The position numbers and the translations under genes were made by a program. From Entomortierella parvispora E1425 (taxonomy: Eukaryota; Fungi; Mortierellomycota): a DNA stretch of 64,000 nt. Shown here in pieces: positions 20,772 through 34,313 of the stretch. The notes under the pieces are model-generated. The model did not search any database. It was not told the origin of the DNA and worked only from the letters and a program-made list of their open reading frames with translations. The DNA lies in the NCBI GenBank assembly GCA_020891255.1, contig BQFW01000014.1:682001-746000 (forward strand), given 5' to 3'. Each line of letters starts with the position of its first letter. Positions within the stretch are counted from its first letter, which is position 1.

Positions 20772-20956
20772 AAATGTATTTGAACTCTCTCGCCTCTGCC
20801 TCGTGGAACAATGCGAGCAAGCATGGTTCTCATCTGTCCCCATTCATTGCAAGAACAAGGCAGCGTCCCTTTCTTTTGCCCCCTTGTTCATGCCCATCTC
20901 TTTTCCACATCAATCGCCTCTCGTCCTTTCTCTTCATTCTCTTTTGTCCACTCTGC

Positions 20957-23076
20957 ATGACCAACGACTCGATTCGAGGGTCTCGGACCTCGGCCTCGTC
21001 CTTTTCATCAACCGACGAGCTTACTTTGCATACTTCGCGGTCGTTTGGCGCCAGCAGCCACTCTGTTGATGTGCTTTCACCCGTGGACAATGAAGATACT
21101 CTCCGTGACCCACAACCCAATGGTTCGACTTCAAGTGGCCATATCCGTTGGGCCATTCTCTCCGCCGCATGTCTCGTCATGTTTGGCAACTACTACGCGT
21201 TCGACAACCCAGCATCGCTAAACAAGCCATTGCAGGACTACATGGAGATGTCTGACGACAGCTACGCGTACTTTCTTAACCTGCTTTACACATCCTATTC
21301 GCTGCCCAACATTGTTCTGCCGTGGTTGGGAGGTTATGCCTCGGACAAGTTTGGTCACCGACGGCTGTTACTCTCGCTCTCGGCCATGGTCGCAATGGGC
21401 CACTTTGTGGTGTGTCTCGGAGTCGAGCGCAGAAGCGTCCCCGCCATGATCTTGGGGCGTGTCTTGTTTGGCGCTGGCGAATCTTTGGCTGTGGCTCAAT
21501 CGGCGCTGACAGTCAAGTACTTTCGAGGCAAGGAGCTCGCGATGGCCCTTGGGATCAACCTTTGGTAAGGACCTGACCAGAGGTTTTAAACAGTGAACTA
21601 TAGTTCAAGCATTGTTTTGGCTGATTTTTTGATCCCGTATTGTCTGTGCACAAAAATAGCATTGCACGACTGGGCTCGGTCCTGAACGATATCTTGACCC
21701 CTGCGATTTGGGCGCGGTCGACAGTCCCCATGGCCTTTTGGGGAGGCTTTGTGTCCTGTGTGCTCTCGTTTCTGATGGCCTGTCTCTTGGTGGCATTGGA
21801 TCGGCGTTATGGTTCAGAAATCCCCCAGTCTGATTCTTCACCGGGCTTTTCGCGTCTCCCTACAAGTCTTAGCGATGCAAGATTCTCGACAGAAGGCCTG
21901 GACTTTTTGGACGACGACGAATCACAGGAACGCTACGACCCCCCAACACCTGGAAAAGCAAAGGTGTCGTTTTCAGGAGAGGCTATCGGGCTAGAAGAGA
22001 TAAGAAGGACATCCCCGAGAGTCGTCAAAGCTGGATCGAGACATTTTGCCTCCCAGACCCATCAAAGATCCACTGCGGAGGGTGCTGCCGATGATCGTTT
22101 AGACTCGGCTCAGAATGAACGCTTCAGCTCCGAGGATGACATCGAGGAAGAGGGCGAAGAGGATATGGATGATCTTGAAGCGGAGATCGTGAGAGCAAAG
22201 TCAACAGGCTTTGCGCGGCTCGCTGACAGTGGAGAAGGTGGAAGAAGGATATCGTCATTGAGAGAATGTATGGGCATGTTCCGATACTCTCAGTCAGCAT
22301 GGGTCTTGTTCGTGATGACTTTTTTGTTGGTGGGCGTTCAGGTCCCTTTCAACTCAATCCATGCTGGTTTCCTGCAACAGCGGTGGTATCACAACGACCC
22401 TCAAAAAGGTAATAGGAGAGATGTTCCAATTTCGTTTAGATATGGAAATAATGATTCCCTAACCCCAGATTTCACCTGTGTGTCTCGCTGTCGTCCTTTT
22501 TTTCTTAGCGGCCCAAATTATGACCGTACCAGACTTGCTGTCGGCGATCCTGGTGCTTCCTGTCGGATACTTTGTTGATCACTATGGTCAAAAGTCATGG
22601 TTGTTCATGCTTTGTGGTCTCATCATTGGAGGGTCTCATACAGTTCTAGGATTGGTCCCAATTTCAACGCCCGTTCCTGCATTGTTGGCTCTTGGTGTCG
22701 CGTCGGCTATCGGTGCCCTCTTTACGAGCGCTATCCCAGTTCTAGTCAAAAGTCATCAGATTGCAACCGCGTAGTACGTGCGACGTTTGTTTGGCGAATT
22801 CGATTGAAAACCGACAGATCCGTGAGTGTAATTTCTAACTTTTTTTTTCTGCTTCGTAGTGGCATTTCCTCTTCAGCCATGAACCTGGCATTCACACTGT
22901 TCCCGCTGATTGTGGCCAAACTGATGACGGTGGATCCAAGTGTATATACCTACGTGGAAGTGTTTTTCGCCCTTTGCGGATTTTTTGGCTTTCTTTTGGC
23001 GGCTCGCCTGCGGAGCTTGGATACATATGGCGATTTAGATCGCAGGGAGATTGACAACAAGATCGTTGACTCTTAA
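20957..23076 (+). CDS. MFS transporter, MFSD1-like (lysosomal/vacuolar dipeptide transporter family), 4 exons
   Basis: ACLVMFGNYYAFDNPASL, LLYTSYSLPNIVLPWLGGYASDKFG, GRVLFGAGESLAVAQ, FRGKELAMALGINL, GYFVDHYG, and an acidic central loop. ATG 20957 is the first in-frame Met. Confidence 0.9.
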
Positions 23077-26000
23077 TCCATCGATAACAATCGGCCACGT
23101 CCTCTCCCCCTCCTCTCGGCCCGCTTGCCTTTGATATACCCAGTCTCCTCTTCCCCCGTTCCTCTCATATCTTCTCATACCTTCCTCCATCGCTTTGCGC
23201 CTGTACAATAGACTTAGACCTTTTTACGCTTACAGACACACAGGAATGTATAATGATCAAAAACATCCGGTCATACCATGGACTGGCAGTGAAACAACAA
23301 TTTTCCTATCAGCTCCAAGTTGATGTGGCCCCTCTGGTTGTCGAGTCTGTCCATGAACATTTTGGAAATCTCTGTCAACGACGTGTTTGTATTCTCCGAC
23401 TCCTTCTCCTGAAGAAAGCATTCCAAAGAAGGTGTTATCATGCATTGAGGACGACAGGGGTACTTGGGCGCGAGTACAAGATGTTCCCATAAAGCGACAA
23501 AAGACCTGCAGCGGGGTGGAATGTTTCGAGAAACAAGGGCCAGGTACGTGAGTTCATGACTTGAGCGCGTTCTAACTGGTTCTAGCCTCTCGGTCATCGT
23601 TGAGAGGATACAGAGATACATATGGCACATATGGTACCCAATTCATTTTACATGTGCAAAAAAGGGATCGTCTTCGCAGCAGTTTGCAAAAGCCACTGCT
23701 GACTTTGACTTTGACTGCTGACTTTTTGGGTCCCTCACTCCAAAGAAAACAGATCGCCCTCTGAACCATAAAATGAAAAAGAGGGTGGAGGTCGGGAAAC
23801 GAAACAGAAGGGGAGAGGAGAGTACATACATACAGTAGAGCAGAGGAGTCTGAAAGGAGGACACTGACCCGCTGTCGGTCTTACATCTTTTGGTGTCTTT
23901 GAAACTCCTTGGACTTCCCGATTTCGTTGTTTGTTAATAAAATCGCAGCTGGTGTCGGAGCACGGATCTTTCAGTTTTTTTTTTTCGCTCCCTTGGGAAA
24001 AAAACCGGCCGCCTCACTCGTTCATTTCTCCTTTCCGTGGTCCGGCCTCCATCGCTGATTTGTCGAGAGGTAGGGACAATGGAGTGCGAAAGTGACGCAG
24101 GAAGGGAGGGGAAGGATTGTTCTCTGTTTCCATAATGTTTCTCCCTTCCGTTTCATTTATGAAAAGTGCGCTTTTGGACCCGCGGCCTGGGGAAGACGGG
24201 CCTGACTTTGTTTTTTCTTACTCCTACCTTTGACCCTTCTTTGACACTTTCCATCATCGCCGTCATTTTATCTTTATGGAAGGCAGGATGGAAATCTCGT
24301 CGAGTACGTACCTCTCAAATGTATAAAAACTTCTTTTGTCATTATCGGCTGACATGACGGATGACGATGACGGTGTGGATGACGATGAACGATCTTTGCC
24401 TCAATCTTTAAAACAAAAAAAGGGTAAATCACAACAGCATCCCTGGATAATGACGTTGATGACGAGTATGAAGGCTCCGTGCTCTTATTATTGCAAGACA
24501 CTCGTCAGATCGGCAAGATCCATGGTGTCAGTCATGTTGCCTCCCTTGAAGATCCTCTTTTGTCAATCTCTGTACCGAGGATTGTCCCGGTCTCTAGTCA
24601 GAGACAGTCTCCTCTTTCATCATACATTACATTTTTTTTTCTCCATCCCCCTCCACCTGTTTTGGTATGAATCTGCTGCTTTTAGTCGTTGGCGACTCTT
24701 CGCGGTGGTTTGTCCGACCTATGACGGTTCAGGTCCGTGCAATTTGAGTTCAAATTCTCAGTTTGGGCTGGTTTCTCGATCGATGACCGCACAACCCTTC
24801 TGGCCTGCGGCCAATTGAGTTTTTGTCTCTTGCTTTGTCACTGCAATTGAGTTGAGCACGTCCCTCCATACCACGTTTTCTTTATTTCAATTGTTTTTTT
24901 TTTTGGTTACAGTAGTCTTATTTTTTTTTTTTTTTTGTTTGCTCTTGTCAGTCCCTATTCCGCTCTGCCATGTTGTTTGTTTGCTCTCAATGCTCACCTT
25001 GATGAAAAAGGAGGGCGAGGGGATATTGTGGACCAATTTGGCCTTTTAGCCCTTTTTTTCAATTTCCCTTCTGTTCGTGTTACCATCAAAGAGGCGAAAG
25101 GCCCAAGTCCCACTCTCCCCTCCCCCTCTGTCCCTCCCACTTTTTCCTGTTTTTCTTCTTGTCGCCATGCCCGCGGAGAACGCTACAGAGGCAACTCGGT
25201 CTTTTTTCTTGCAAGCCCCGATGGTTAATTATCGTGCATCAACCCTTCGGCCTCTTGACCTGGGGCCCCATGTACCTGCAGGGAGCCGGGCCAAGTAGAA
25301 CCCTAGGTGTGCTTCGTAGCCGACTACCTCAGAAAATATGAAGTTTGGTAGGGTAATGGAAGTGTAGTATCGCTACAAAAGGGTGGGCAGCGATTTCGGC
25401 AGCGATTGTAGGGTGGACAATAACGTGGGATAGGTGGTACCAGAAAATATATCTGAATAACGCAGAGGCAGAGAGGAGGAAGTCGGGAAGTTGGATCAGA
25501 GGCAATGGGGAAGATGGAGAGGGAAAGGGAAAGGGAAAGGATTGGTAAGGGAATCAAAAGAAAAGCGAAAAGAGAGGAGAGTGGATGAGGGTGAAAACGA
25601 GCTCCTTTTATGTGTTTTCGACCATGGAGGATGGCATAGCCGATGGGATGGGGAGTAGTCGTTTGGGGTCATGACGACATGATCGTTTTGAGAGAGAAAT
25701 GAAAGCGAAGTCGAAATAATCATTGATCAAGGAGCAGCATGGGGGAGGATAGGGACTGTGGAGTATCGGATCAGACATGAGGGTGATGATGGAGGGGTGG
25801 ATGCACTCTTTTCCCCGAAAAAAAACAAGAAAAGAAAACAATGCGATCATTGAATTGACACGACACCCACCCCAGCCCACCACATGGTTATCAAAGTTGT
25901 CAATGGACTGTCCATTCTCTCCCCCCCCCCCTTTTCTCTTTTCCCTCCATTTTCACTCCAAAACAAGGGTAGGACTGAATACTGATCTTTGTCCACAATT

Positions 26001-29000
26001 GATATAGAATGAATCGACGATCGAGGCCCAGAGCGGTCAGACCTTGCCTCACAGTGCTACGGCCCTGTGTGGCTCAGTGGTGAGCTTAAATTCAGCGCCT
26101 CGCGTGGTGTGGCGTGTGCATGCTGTGGCTGATTCCAAACTAGCAAGAGCTACAAAAAAAAGGTCGATTCTCTCCTGTTGCATGCGACTGACAGCAGCTG
26201 GGCCTGGATCCAGGTCCAGGCTCAGATCCAGGCCTAGACTGTACCTGTGGAGATCCCGGATGGAGGGTCCAAGATCGGCGCTAGTCGTGGGAACCGTTAG
26301 AGTTTCAGTACGGGAACGCGCCTGGCTCAACACATTCGTCCTGGTTCTTGGCAGAGTCCAAGTTTGACGTCATATGGACGAAAGTGAGCACTTCAGTGAA
26401 CGTCCCATATGAGATCTGAGATCTTCCTCTGTTGCAAATAACCGCCAAAAACCATGTCGATGCCTGCCTCCGTGAACTCTAACGGTCTGTTGTTGACCAA
26501 GGATGCATCAGCCGTGGTCAAAACCTGTAGACTTCACTCCAAAAGAGCTTACTCTCCGTCTCCTTCATTCTTCAGCTTTCTCTCTCCCTCAACTCTCCCT
26601 CTCTCTCCCCTCAATCTTGTTCACGAGAGATCAGAAGACGCAAGATGTCCGTTAAGGTTTTTTTATCCGCCTTTGAAGGAGGGAGGGAGAGTAAGGAGGG
26701 TCCAGTCATTTTGCATTTCCAGGAGAGATCTTTTTTGCTTTTGTGGGGTATTGAAAGGGTGATCAGTACCAGCTTTCGGTCCCTGGAGAAAGAAATAACA
26801 AGGAAAGAGGGACAGTCTTTTGTTTTCTGGGTAGGAGACGGAGGGAGAAAGAGAGAGAGGCCTAGATTTTCCGCTGAAGTTCTATTTATGAAACTACATA
26901 AGGGTCCTTCGTTAGATATTTCCCCGTATGAAGAACGGAGGGAGGAGTTTGTCATGTGAACCTCCTAGGATGCAGCAAACAAGAAAAAAAAAGACGATAA
27001 TGACGATGCAGCGAAGGGCTCTTTTTTCTTGTTTCAATAAGACAAAGTGGGAAAGGAGGAGGAGCGAGAAGTGAAGGCAGGCAAAGATCTGCCTCGCACA
27101 GCAGTGACATCAAAGTGCTATGAGCAGCTCAGGGTGGAGAGAAGGACTATTGCAGGAGAAGAAGAGAAAGCAACTGAGAGCAATTGGACAGAAACTGATT
27201 CCTCTTGGAATGAAGAACAACGGATCAATGTTGCATCCAATATACCAACACCGTTCGTCTAGGAAAATGAAACGCTGAGACGCGATTCTGGGAAGGTTTA
27301 AAAAAGCTTTAGTTGGTCTTGTCTCTGTGGCGGTGCAGCACCAACTGGCACGCCACTCCAAGGAGGGTCTGCTGGGATTGCAATTGAAGGCCAGCTTGAA
27401 GGTAGGGTAAAGCCTGCCGAGTGCTGCCACAAAGATGGAGGACAGGAATAAGCTGATCTTCCAACGGTCGTGCCCAGACCGCCTCCATCTTTTTTTTTTC
27501 TTGCCCTGAAGTCCATTGCTCCAAAAACAAAAAAAAAAACTTTTTCGTTTGTTTATTTGTTTACTGCATGCAAGAGGACGCAAACGTGCATGAAAACATT
27601 CTTGAGAGCAGCATGGCCGAACTGCCTGATGGCCCTATTTTTAGTTTGGCCCTTTTTGTGCTTCCCGTCGTGCAGGAGGGACCGTGTCCCCATCTTAACA
27701 CTAGACCTAATATGGAAGAGAAAAATGAACGTTTGTTTGTCATGGAGGGGTTGTGCGTCTGTGTTTGTCAGTGGTGGAAGGGTACCCAAAGAGCATTTCA
27801 AGAACACTCCGAACAGTTGAGCATTCTTGGAAACGAGGTGGGCGCAAGCTGGAGGGTGGAACAGGGGAATGCAGAGTGACACGGATCGCCGCGGCCCTTT
27901 TTTCCCAAATTTGACGCACCCTCTTTTTTTCCTGCTATCGATCAACCATGGGCGCTGGTTGAAAACCTGTGCAATTGAACTCGACACTCCCCGCCCTTGA
28001 AGCTCCCTGCTGCCACGGAGAATGTTTTCTACGAGGAGAAAACCACGTTGGAAACAAAACTCCAAAGAACCCGGCTCGGGAACATTGACGCTAAGAAACT
28101 AGTGCCTGGACTTTTGGCCTCTCTTTCTCTCTCCCCTGCCCTGAAAGTCTAATGCCATCATCATAGATCTGGGAATCCTTGGCACCGTCATTTGGCCATG
28201 AGCATGACAGTCCCCATTCACAGTCATTTGACACCATGCGTTTTAGCAGCGACAGCGAAGTGACGTTATGGTCAATGCAAGTGTTGCGGCCATGGTGGTA
28301 CGTCGCAATTGATCAGCCGGGATAAAGAGGTCGTGATAGGAGGGGTGCAGACGTTCCCATTTGGAGTGATTGGACAATGCCCATTGGACGTTCTCTCCAA
28401 AGAAACTGCTTTGCATGTGCTTGAGCTGCTGTGCTGATGTCCAGAACCATTGAAACAAGCTTCCATGACCGCAGTCTCGTGTCAATGACTTCTATAATCA
28501 GCCACCACAGCAATGCAGTGGTTTGTGGGGTTAGTGGGACGGGAAATCGACGAGGGGTAGCATGTTTGAGGGGAAGAACGGCAAGTCCAGGTCCGAAAGT
28601 CCAAAAGTCGAAAAGGTCGGACTTTTACCGCGCTTGGCACGAAACGAGATCAACGGGAAGTGACGCTGGGAAACAGAGAAGGCAGGGTTGCCCTTAGCTG
28701 GGATAAAAAGGAAAGGGTCCAAACGTGCGTCTTTCTCTGAAGCCACAACGAACGAAACGGCCTGCAGGTTTGTTGTCGAATCCACTGTTTTTGTTTTTTT
28801 GACCTTGCCTCAAGGTGGGCCGGTCGGCGTTTAGAAAAAAATTCTCTGCGACGCTGCGGCCTTCCCAAAGCAGCAATGATGCTCAAGATCAAGAAAAAAA
28901 AAAAACAATGCATGGTCGCACAGAGAGCAATTCATCCATGGTAAACAAACAACAGGAATGGCACACCGACCACCCACCCTGCTTTTGTGCGCTCATGTCA

Positions 29001-29544
29001 ATGAGAGCCGAGGTTTCCTTCAGGTTAGACTAAGAGAACTCAAAAAAAAATTTCACATTTTTTATTTGCTTTGAACGGGCGATCCCTTTCCCCCTTTCTG
29101 TTCAAGTATCGGCAGAGAAAAACCACCGCAGAAGGAGCATCCTCCCTCCTTTCCTTTATCTTCCTCCTTCCCTCTTCTTCCCCGCAATCGAACCAATTGA
29201 GTTCCAGGGATTCCTCCGCGGACACTTTTGTTTTTTTCGCTCGTGTGGCCAATTTCGCGGTAAACTCATTTGCATAGAACGAATTAGTAGTCGGATATTA
29301 TTTTTTTTCATGCAAAACATTTGATATCTTTTATCCTCACATCGCCTCGCCTCGCCTTGTGTTTGCACTTGGAGTGACCCATGAACTAGGGGAGGACCCC
29401 CCTCCCACCTCCCGTTGTGCCTTGTTGCAAGTTCACAGGTATCCGTGCCATGCAAGGCACTTACGGCATCAACAGCTAGTGCTGCCCACTCTAGGGTTCC
29501 TCACTTGCCCCACCTTTGGCCTGGTGACCGATCACAAGGGGGGA

Positions 29545-29642
29545 CAGAAAGAGAGAGAGGAGAGAAAGAGATAAAGATAGAGGGAGAGAAAGAGATAGAG
29601 AGAGAAGAGATAGACAGAGAAAGAGATAGACAGAGAGAAGGA
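29545..29642 (+). repeat. GA-rich microsatellite/low-complexity tract
   Basis: Imperfect (GA)n / GATAGA / GACAGA repeats read directly. Confidence 0.85.
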
Positions 29643-32516
29643 GATGCAAGGCAACGAGGCACGCGTCTCCGTCTACTCTCGATCTATTATTTTGCATTTC
29701 CTCGACATCCTCGATTTCGAGTGACCCCTGCTTCTTGGTCTCGCTTGGCTAGTAACTTGGACCGTTGGGGGGAGGGGGAGGGGGCGGTTACTGTTTTTAA
29801 TATAGAAGACAGTAGATGGGAGATCCAACCTGGAGACCCATCGCTCGTTACTACTAATCTCTCCAAAACAAGCCAAAAGGTGCTTCTTTGCCATCTTTAT
29901 TTCATTTCATTCTCTCCTAGGCAGTAATTAAACGCCGAGGAAGAGGGTAGAGCGCACGACAGATGTGAAAGAGGATGAGGAGAGGCAGAGAGCAAACGCC
30001 GATAATAAAGCTACCGTGAATGAGATAGCCAGGGGAAGACGTACTTGCGCCGTAGAGAACGAGCAAACGCAGACAACGTGGCGAGGGGCACAAAACGTCC
30101 ACTGGAGGCGTGATCCCGATCAGTAATTGAATCAATTTGAGGGAACGTTGTCCCTGATCATGCAAAAACGAGCGTGTGTGAGAAAGAGAGATGCAGCTAA
30201 AACAACAACAGTGCAGTCCTGCAAGGTCAAAGAGAGATTGTTGAAGGGGAAATGAAAAAAGAAAGGGGACGGGCAAGAGAAAGAGAACCTCAATGGGAGA
30301 AAGGTAGGGAAATGAACGCCCTCAACGTCGGGCGTGCATGACTTGGGTCCATGCAAGGGAGGGAGGAGAGAGGAGAGGGAAGGGGGGGACGGCATGGCAG
30401 CAGGGCAACAGGGCGACAGAACTAGAGAATGAGAGAGATGAAGGGTAGTTTAGATGAAGGGTGAGCCAAAAAAAACCAGGAATGGTCGGTCAGATCAGGT
30501 CTCTTCCTCTCCTGTCTTGCGACGGTTGTTATCATTCCCCTGACCCTGAGCTGAGCCCTGACCCTTGAGCAAGTAAAGCAGATCCCTGATCCACCATTTC
30601 AACGCGTGTCTTTTGTGCCCGTCCCATGTCCCCTTTATTCTGATGATTTGTGCCTGTCCCTTCCTTGCCACGCACTTTTGTTCCGTCCGTAATTGCATGA
30701 TGACCATGCAATCTCGGAGAAGAAGAAGTCAAGAGAACAACAACAACAACAAAAACCCTACGACGAAAATTACCGTGCATCTTTCAGTGAATTTGCTGAA
30801 GACGGCACGAGATTCAGAAGAAAACAACAACAAAGAAAAAAAAACCACAGGTCCCAAGATCAACCTGCACCTCAAACTCCATCCATGATTTGCCAACATT
30901 TGCAAAGAAACAACTTCAACGCCCATTGTGGACATTGCATGAACGGAAGCTTTGACATTGCCTCCTTTCCCGTTCTCTGGCTCCCCCAAATTTCGCACGC
31001 GTGATCCAGCGGCGCGCGATCGCCAGTACTCGTTCGACACCATCAGGCGTACCAGGCGTACCCTATTTTTTTTTTTGTGAGAGCAGCAGATCAATGATTC
31101 CCCTACGTGTACTCCTCTAGGCGTGCCCCAGTGGACGTATCGCCCTTGTCTGTTCCCATGAGCAGGCGAAACGGTCAAACACACCTGCAAATAATACTGG
31201 TGGGCAAGAGGGCCATTGCTAATATTCCCCTCTTTTTCTTTCCCCTAGGTAATTTGTGACATATTTTGATCCTGACCATTTCAATCAAAGGTGGAGCCTG
31301 CTAGAGGGGTCTTCTTAGGCCATGGGGCCAAACAAAGAATGTTTGTTACTGCCTTTTAGTGTCCAGTGGACCATGTTCAAAGTGGCATTGGGCCCTGAGA
31401 TGGTCGTGCTTGCAGAGCGTGAAATTCAAAGGCAGAAAAAAAAAACTGTAATGAGATCAGAGTGGGAAAAAAAACAAGTTGGCCAAAGATCCATGTCGGA
31501 TGTGAAGTTCTCTTTGCCGTCGATGGAAAGGCATTGGGAAAGCGGATCGGAAGAACAGAGGCGACCTTCAGCTGCTATCTTTTGTTATTGACTGGAATAT
31601 CATAAAATAGAAAATGAACAAGAGAATGGAGCGTGTGCGCACAACAATAAAATTTTTTTGCCTTCCATGGTCGTGGCTCTCAATTTCTTGTTTGACTTTG
31701 CAATGGTGAAGAGAGTTTTTAAAATAAGTTGAAGTCAATTCAATCAGACATGGAAAAGGAGGAGTCGGAGCATAGAGTGACGATGTCATGTCCCTTCTTC
31801 TTATTTAATTCTATTAATATGTTACTCTTCGTATTCAGTCCAATTCAATCCTGTTGAATTGGACACAGCACAAACATGCACACAATGATCAAAAAGATAT
31901 AAAAGATCCCGATGCCCCATCTGCCGTTGCTATCGTTTTTTTCTTCTCTTCATCATCAACACAACACTTTCTTCGTTCTACTTCGCTCAACCCTGCAAGC
32001 AAGCTAGCCTTCATCTCCTGTGTCTCTGCGGTTCTTTCTCTTTCTCTCTGCCGTCTATACCCTCGCCGACCCTCCGACACACCCGCCCCAAGAGGTAAAG
32101 CTCACTCTTCCCATGGGCATGGCTCATTCAGGAACGGGACAGGCGCCACTTCCTGCGCTTAATTGATTTGACCATTAGCAGTCTCACCTTGCACAGAAAA
32201 AAAAGGAGCGAAACACCCTCGATGGTTCCTTTGCTTTACTGCCTGGTGCTTTTCTGTTCCTTTGTTCTCTCCAACACCATCCGTCCATCCATCCATTCAT
32301 CGCGATTGTGTTTCGGACGTCCATAGGCCGAGCGAGCTCTTTTGACTCACCCTCCGCCACTTTTCTTCTCTTTCCCTTTCCTTTTCTTATTAGATCTTTC
32401 CCGCCTCCTCCTTCCAACCACCACAACCACACACCGCTGATATACCCCCTTTGACCACATCCAGCACTCCCTCGGTTTTCTCCACTTTTCGAACCCTGGA
32501 GCCTACTCAAAAAGCC

Positions 32517-34313
32517 ATGCTTCATAGCCCTATGGTCTTCCCTACAACAAACGAGTACTTTCATGTGCCACCCATGATGGACGAGAGCGTTGCCAAGCTC
32601 ATGAACACGGACCCGATCGAGAACTACATGAGTTCAACAGCCTCACCGTCGCCTATCCAAGACTACCTCATGGCACCCATCTCTGCCAACACAATGAACG
32701 GCTCTTTCCACCCTCAGCAGCAACATCAAAACCAGCGACAACATCAGATCCAGTTCCCAATTGTTCCCCAGACCATGCCCTCGATGGTCCCTCACAGCGC
32801 TCCCTCTTCGCCCCAATACCCAGTCATCAAGGCTGAAGAGGTTTCGCAGCAGCTCCAGCACCATCAACAACAACAGCAGCAGAACATGGAGTTCAATCTT
32901 CTCTATCCTTCCTTTGAGCTTGGAGCTCAGGCTGCCACTTCTCCTCAGGCACACGTTCTTCCCTCTCAACGGTCTCCTCAGATGCAGCAGCAGCAAAGGG
33001 TGATGTCCTATCCCGACGCGACTCTCCTGCAACAGCAGCGCCAGCACCAGCACCAACAGCAACAGCACGCTCAACAATTAAGACTCCAGCACCAACAGCA
33101 GCAACAGTTTCAGCAGCAGCAGCAGCAACAGCACCAGATGATGTTTGACTCTACACCTTCGCAGTCCAACGTCAGCTCTGCTGTCTCTATGTCGATCCCC
33201 ATCACGTCCTCGATCATGTCCTCCATCGTCTCGTCTGGCTCTAGTGTTTCCAACCTCTTCACGCCTACAAACTTGACGACCTCGAGCCCATTCTTCCATG
33301 CCTCCACGTTTGAGCAGGGCGAGTACGCCAGCCAACGGCCCAACAGCTCCTATACACCAGCGGCCCACCCTGCTGCGCCCAGGAGGAAGCGTGAGGAATC
33401 AGGTCAGCAACAGATGCACAACAACAACAACAGACAGCATTCTCCCGCGCTTCTGGAGGAGGAATCGTCTCCTGTGCTAGCAAGCGGGCTCGTGACCGTG
33501 GCTCAAAATAAGGCGACCACATTGGCGGCCTCTCCCACCAGCAGAGCCTCGACAAGCGCGCGCTTGGACAAGGTCAAGACAACTCGATCCACAAAGATCA
33601 CAAAGTCTTCCTCTCTTCTCTCCACTTCTTCCTTCACTGCTACCTGCTCCCCTTCCGCCATCGATATGATTCCCTCCTCCACTACTCCCTCCACTTCCAA
33701 CGTCGAGATCTCCGCCACAGAGATCACTCCTGCCACCGCCACAGCCAGCCGCTCTACTCCCAAGCGCACTGGCAAGAAGCCCACCTCTACTGCTGCTGCT
33801 GCTTCCCACGATGAGTCCCGCGAATCGTCTCAACAACCCTCAGACCCCTCTGAGGCCGGTTTGACTCATCTGCCCAACAGCACTGGTAACATCACTCACC
33901 CTCGTCGCGCCGCCCAAAACCGTGCTGCTCAACGCACGTTCCGCAACCGTCGCAAGGCTTACATCAAGGAACTGGAGCAAAAAGTCCAAGATATGGACCG
34001 GACCCAGGAATTGATGAAGTCGATTCACAACGAGAACCAGGAGGTCTGGCGCCGTTTGCAGATCTTGGAGTCGTTGGCAACGCGCTCGGGCTTGACCGTT
34101 CCCTCGTTCCCCGCGTTGACGCCCGTGGCCAGCAGCCATCTCATGACCCAACACACTACTGCGTCCTCATCTGCAGAAGGACACGCCCATAACGCCTCTC
34201 ATGATTATCAGGGGATGAACAACAACAGCACCCACAGTAACGAGGAGGATGAGGAGGACGAGGACATGAGCGATTACTCATCTCACCCTCACCAGCAGAC
34301 CCGTCACTTCTAA
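32517..34313 (+). CDS. Yap/AP-1-type bZIP transcription factor with poly-Gln activation region
   Basis: Basic region HPRRAAQNRAAQRTFRNRRKAYIKELEQKV matches the Yap-family QNRxAQRxFRxR signature and is followed by heptads. Poly-Q/H tracts; no Cys-rich domain. First ATG 32517 (the listed ORF start 32451 is TTG). Confidence 0.88.
   Translation: MLHSPMVFPTTNEYFHVPPMMDESVAKLMNTDPIENYMSSTASPSPIQDYLMAPISANTMNGSFHPQQQHQNQRQHQIQFPIVPQTMPSMVPHSAPSSPQYPVIKAEEVSQQLQHHQQQQQQNMEFNLLYPSFELGAQAATSPQAHVLPSQRSPQMQQQQRVMSYPDATLLQQQRQHQHQQQQHAQQLRLQHQQQQQFQQQQQQQHQMMFDSTPSQSNVSSAVSMSIPITSSIMSSIVSSGSSVSNLFTPTNLTTSSPFFHASTFEQGEYASQRPNSSYTPAAHPAAPRRKREESGQQQMHNNNNRQHSPALLEEESSPVLASGLVTVAQNKATTLAASPTSRASTSARLDKVKTTRSTKITKSSSLLSTSSFTATCSPSAIDMIPSSTTPSTSNVEISATEITPATATASRSTPKRTGKKPTSTAAAASHDESRESSQQPSDPSEAGLTHLPNSTGNITHPRRAAQNRAAQRTFRNRRKAYIKELEQKVQDMDRTQELMKSIHNENQEVWRRLQILESLATRSGLTVPSFPALTPVASSHLMTQHTTASSSAEGHAHNASHDYQGMNNNSTHSNEEDEEDEDMSDYSSHPHQQTRHF

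Noticed and set aside
23271-23630. 119-aa minus ORF and a 42-nt intron-like element (23544-23585, plus strand)
   Set aside because: No recognisable domain; the putative intron is shorter than others here and does not join coding frames.
25168-26367. Short ORFs in the gene desert (MPAENATEA..., 26044-26367, 26049-26333) and the CCTGGATCCAGG palindrome
   Set aside because: No homology recognisable, atypical composition, and expected by chance in 9 kb.
33750-33790. TPKRTGKKP as a Hap4-like motif, which would make the bZIP a HapX
   Set aside because: Poor match to WxxPPRPKPGRKP, too far from the basic region, and no Cys-rich iron-sensing clusters.
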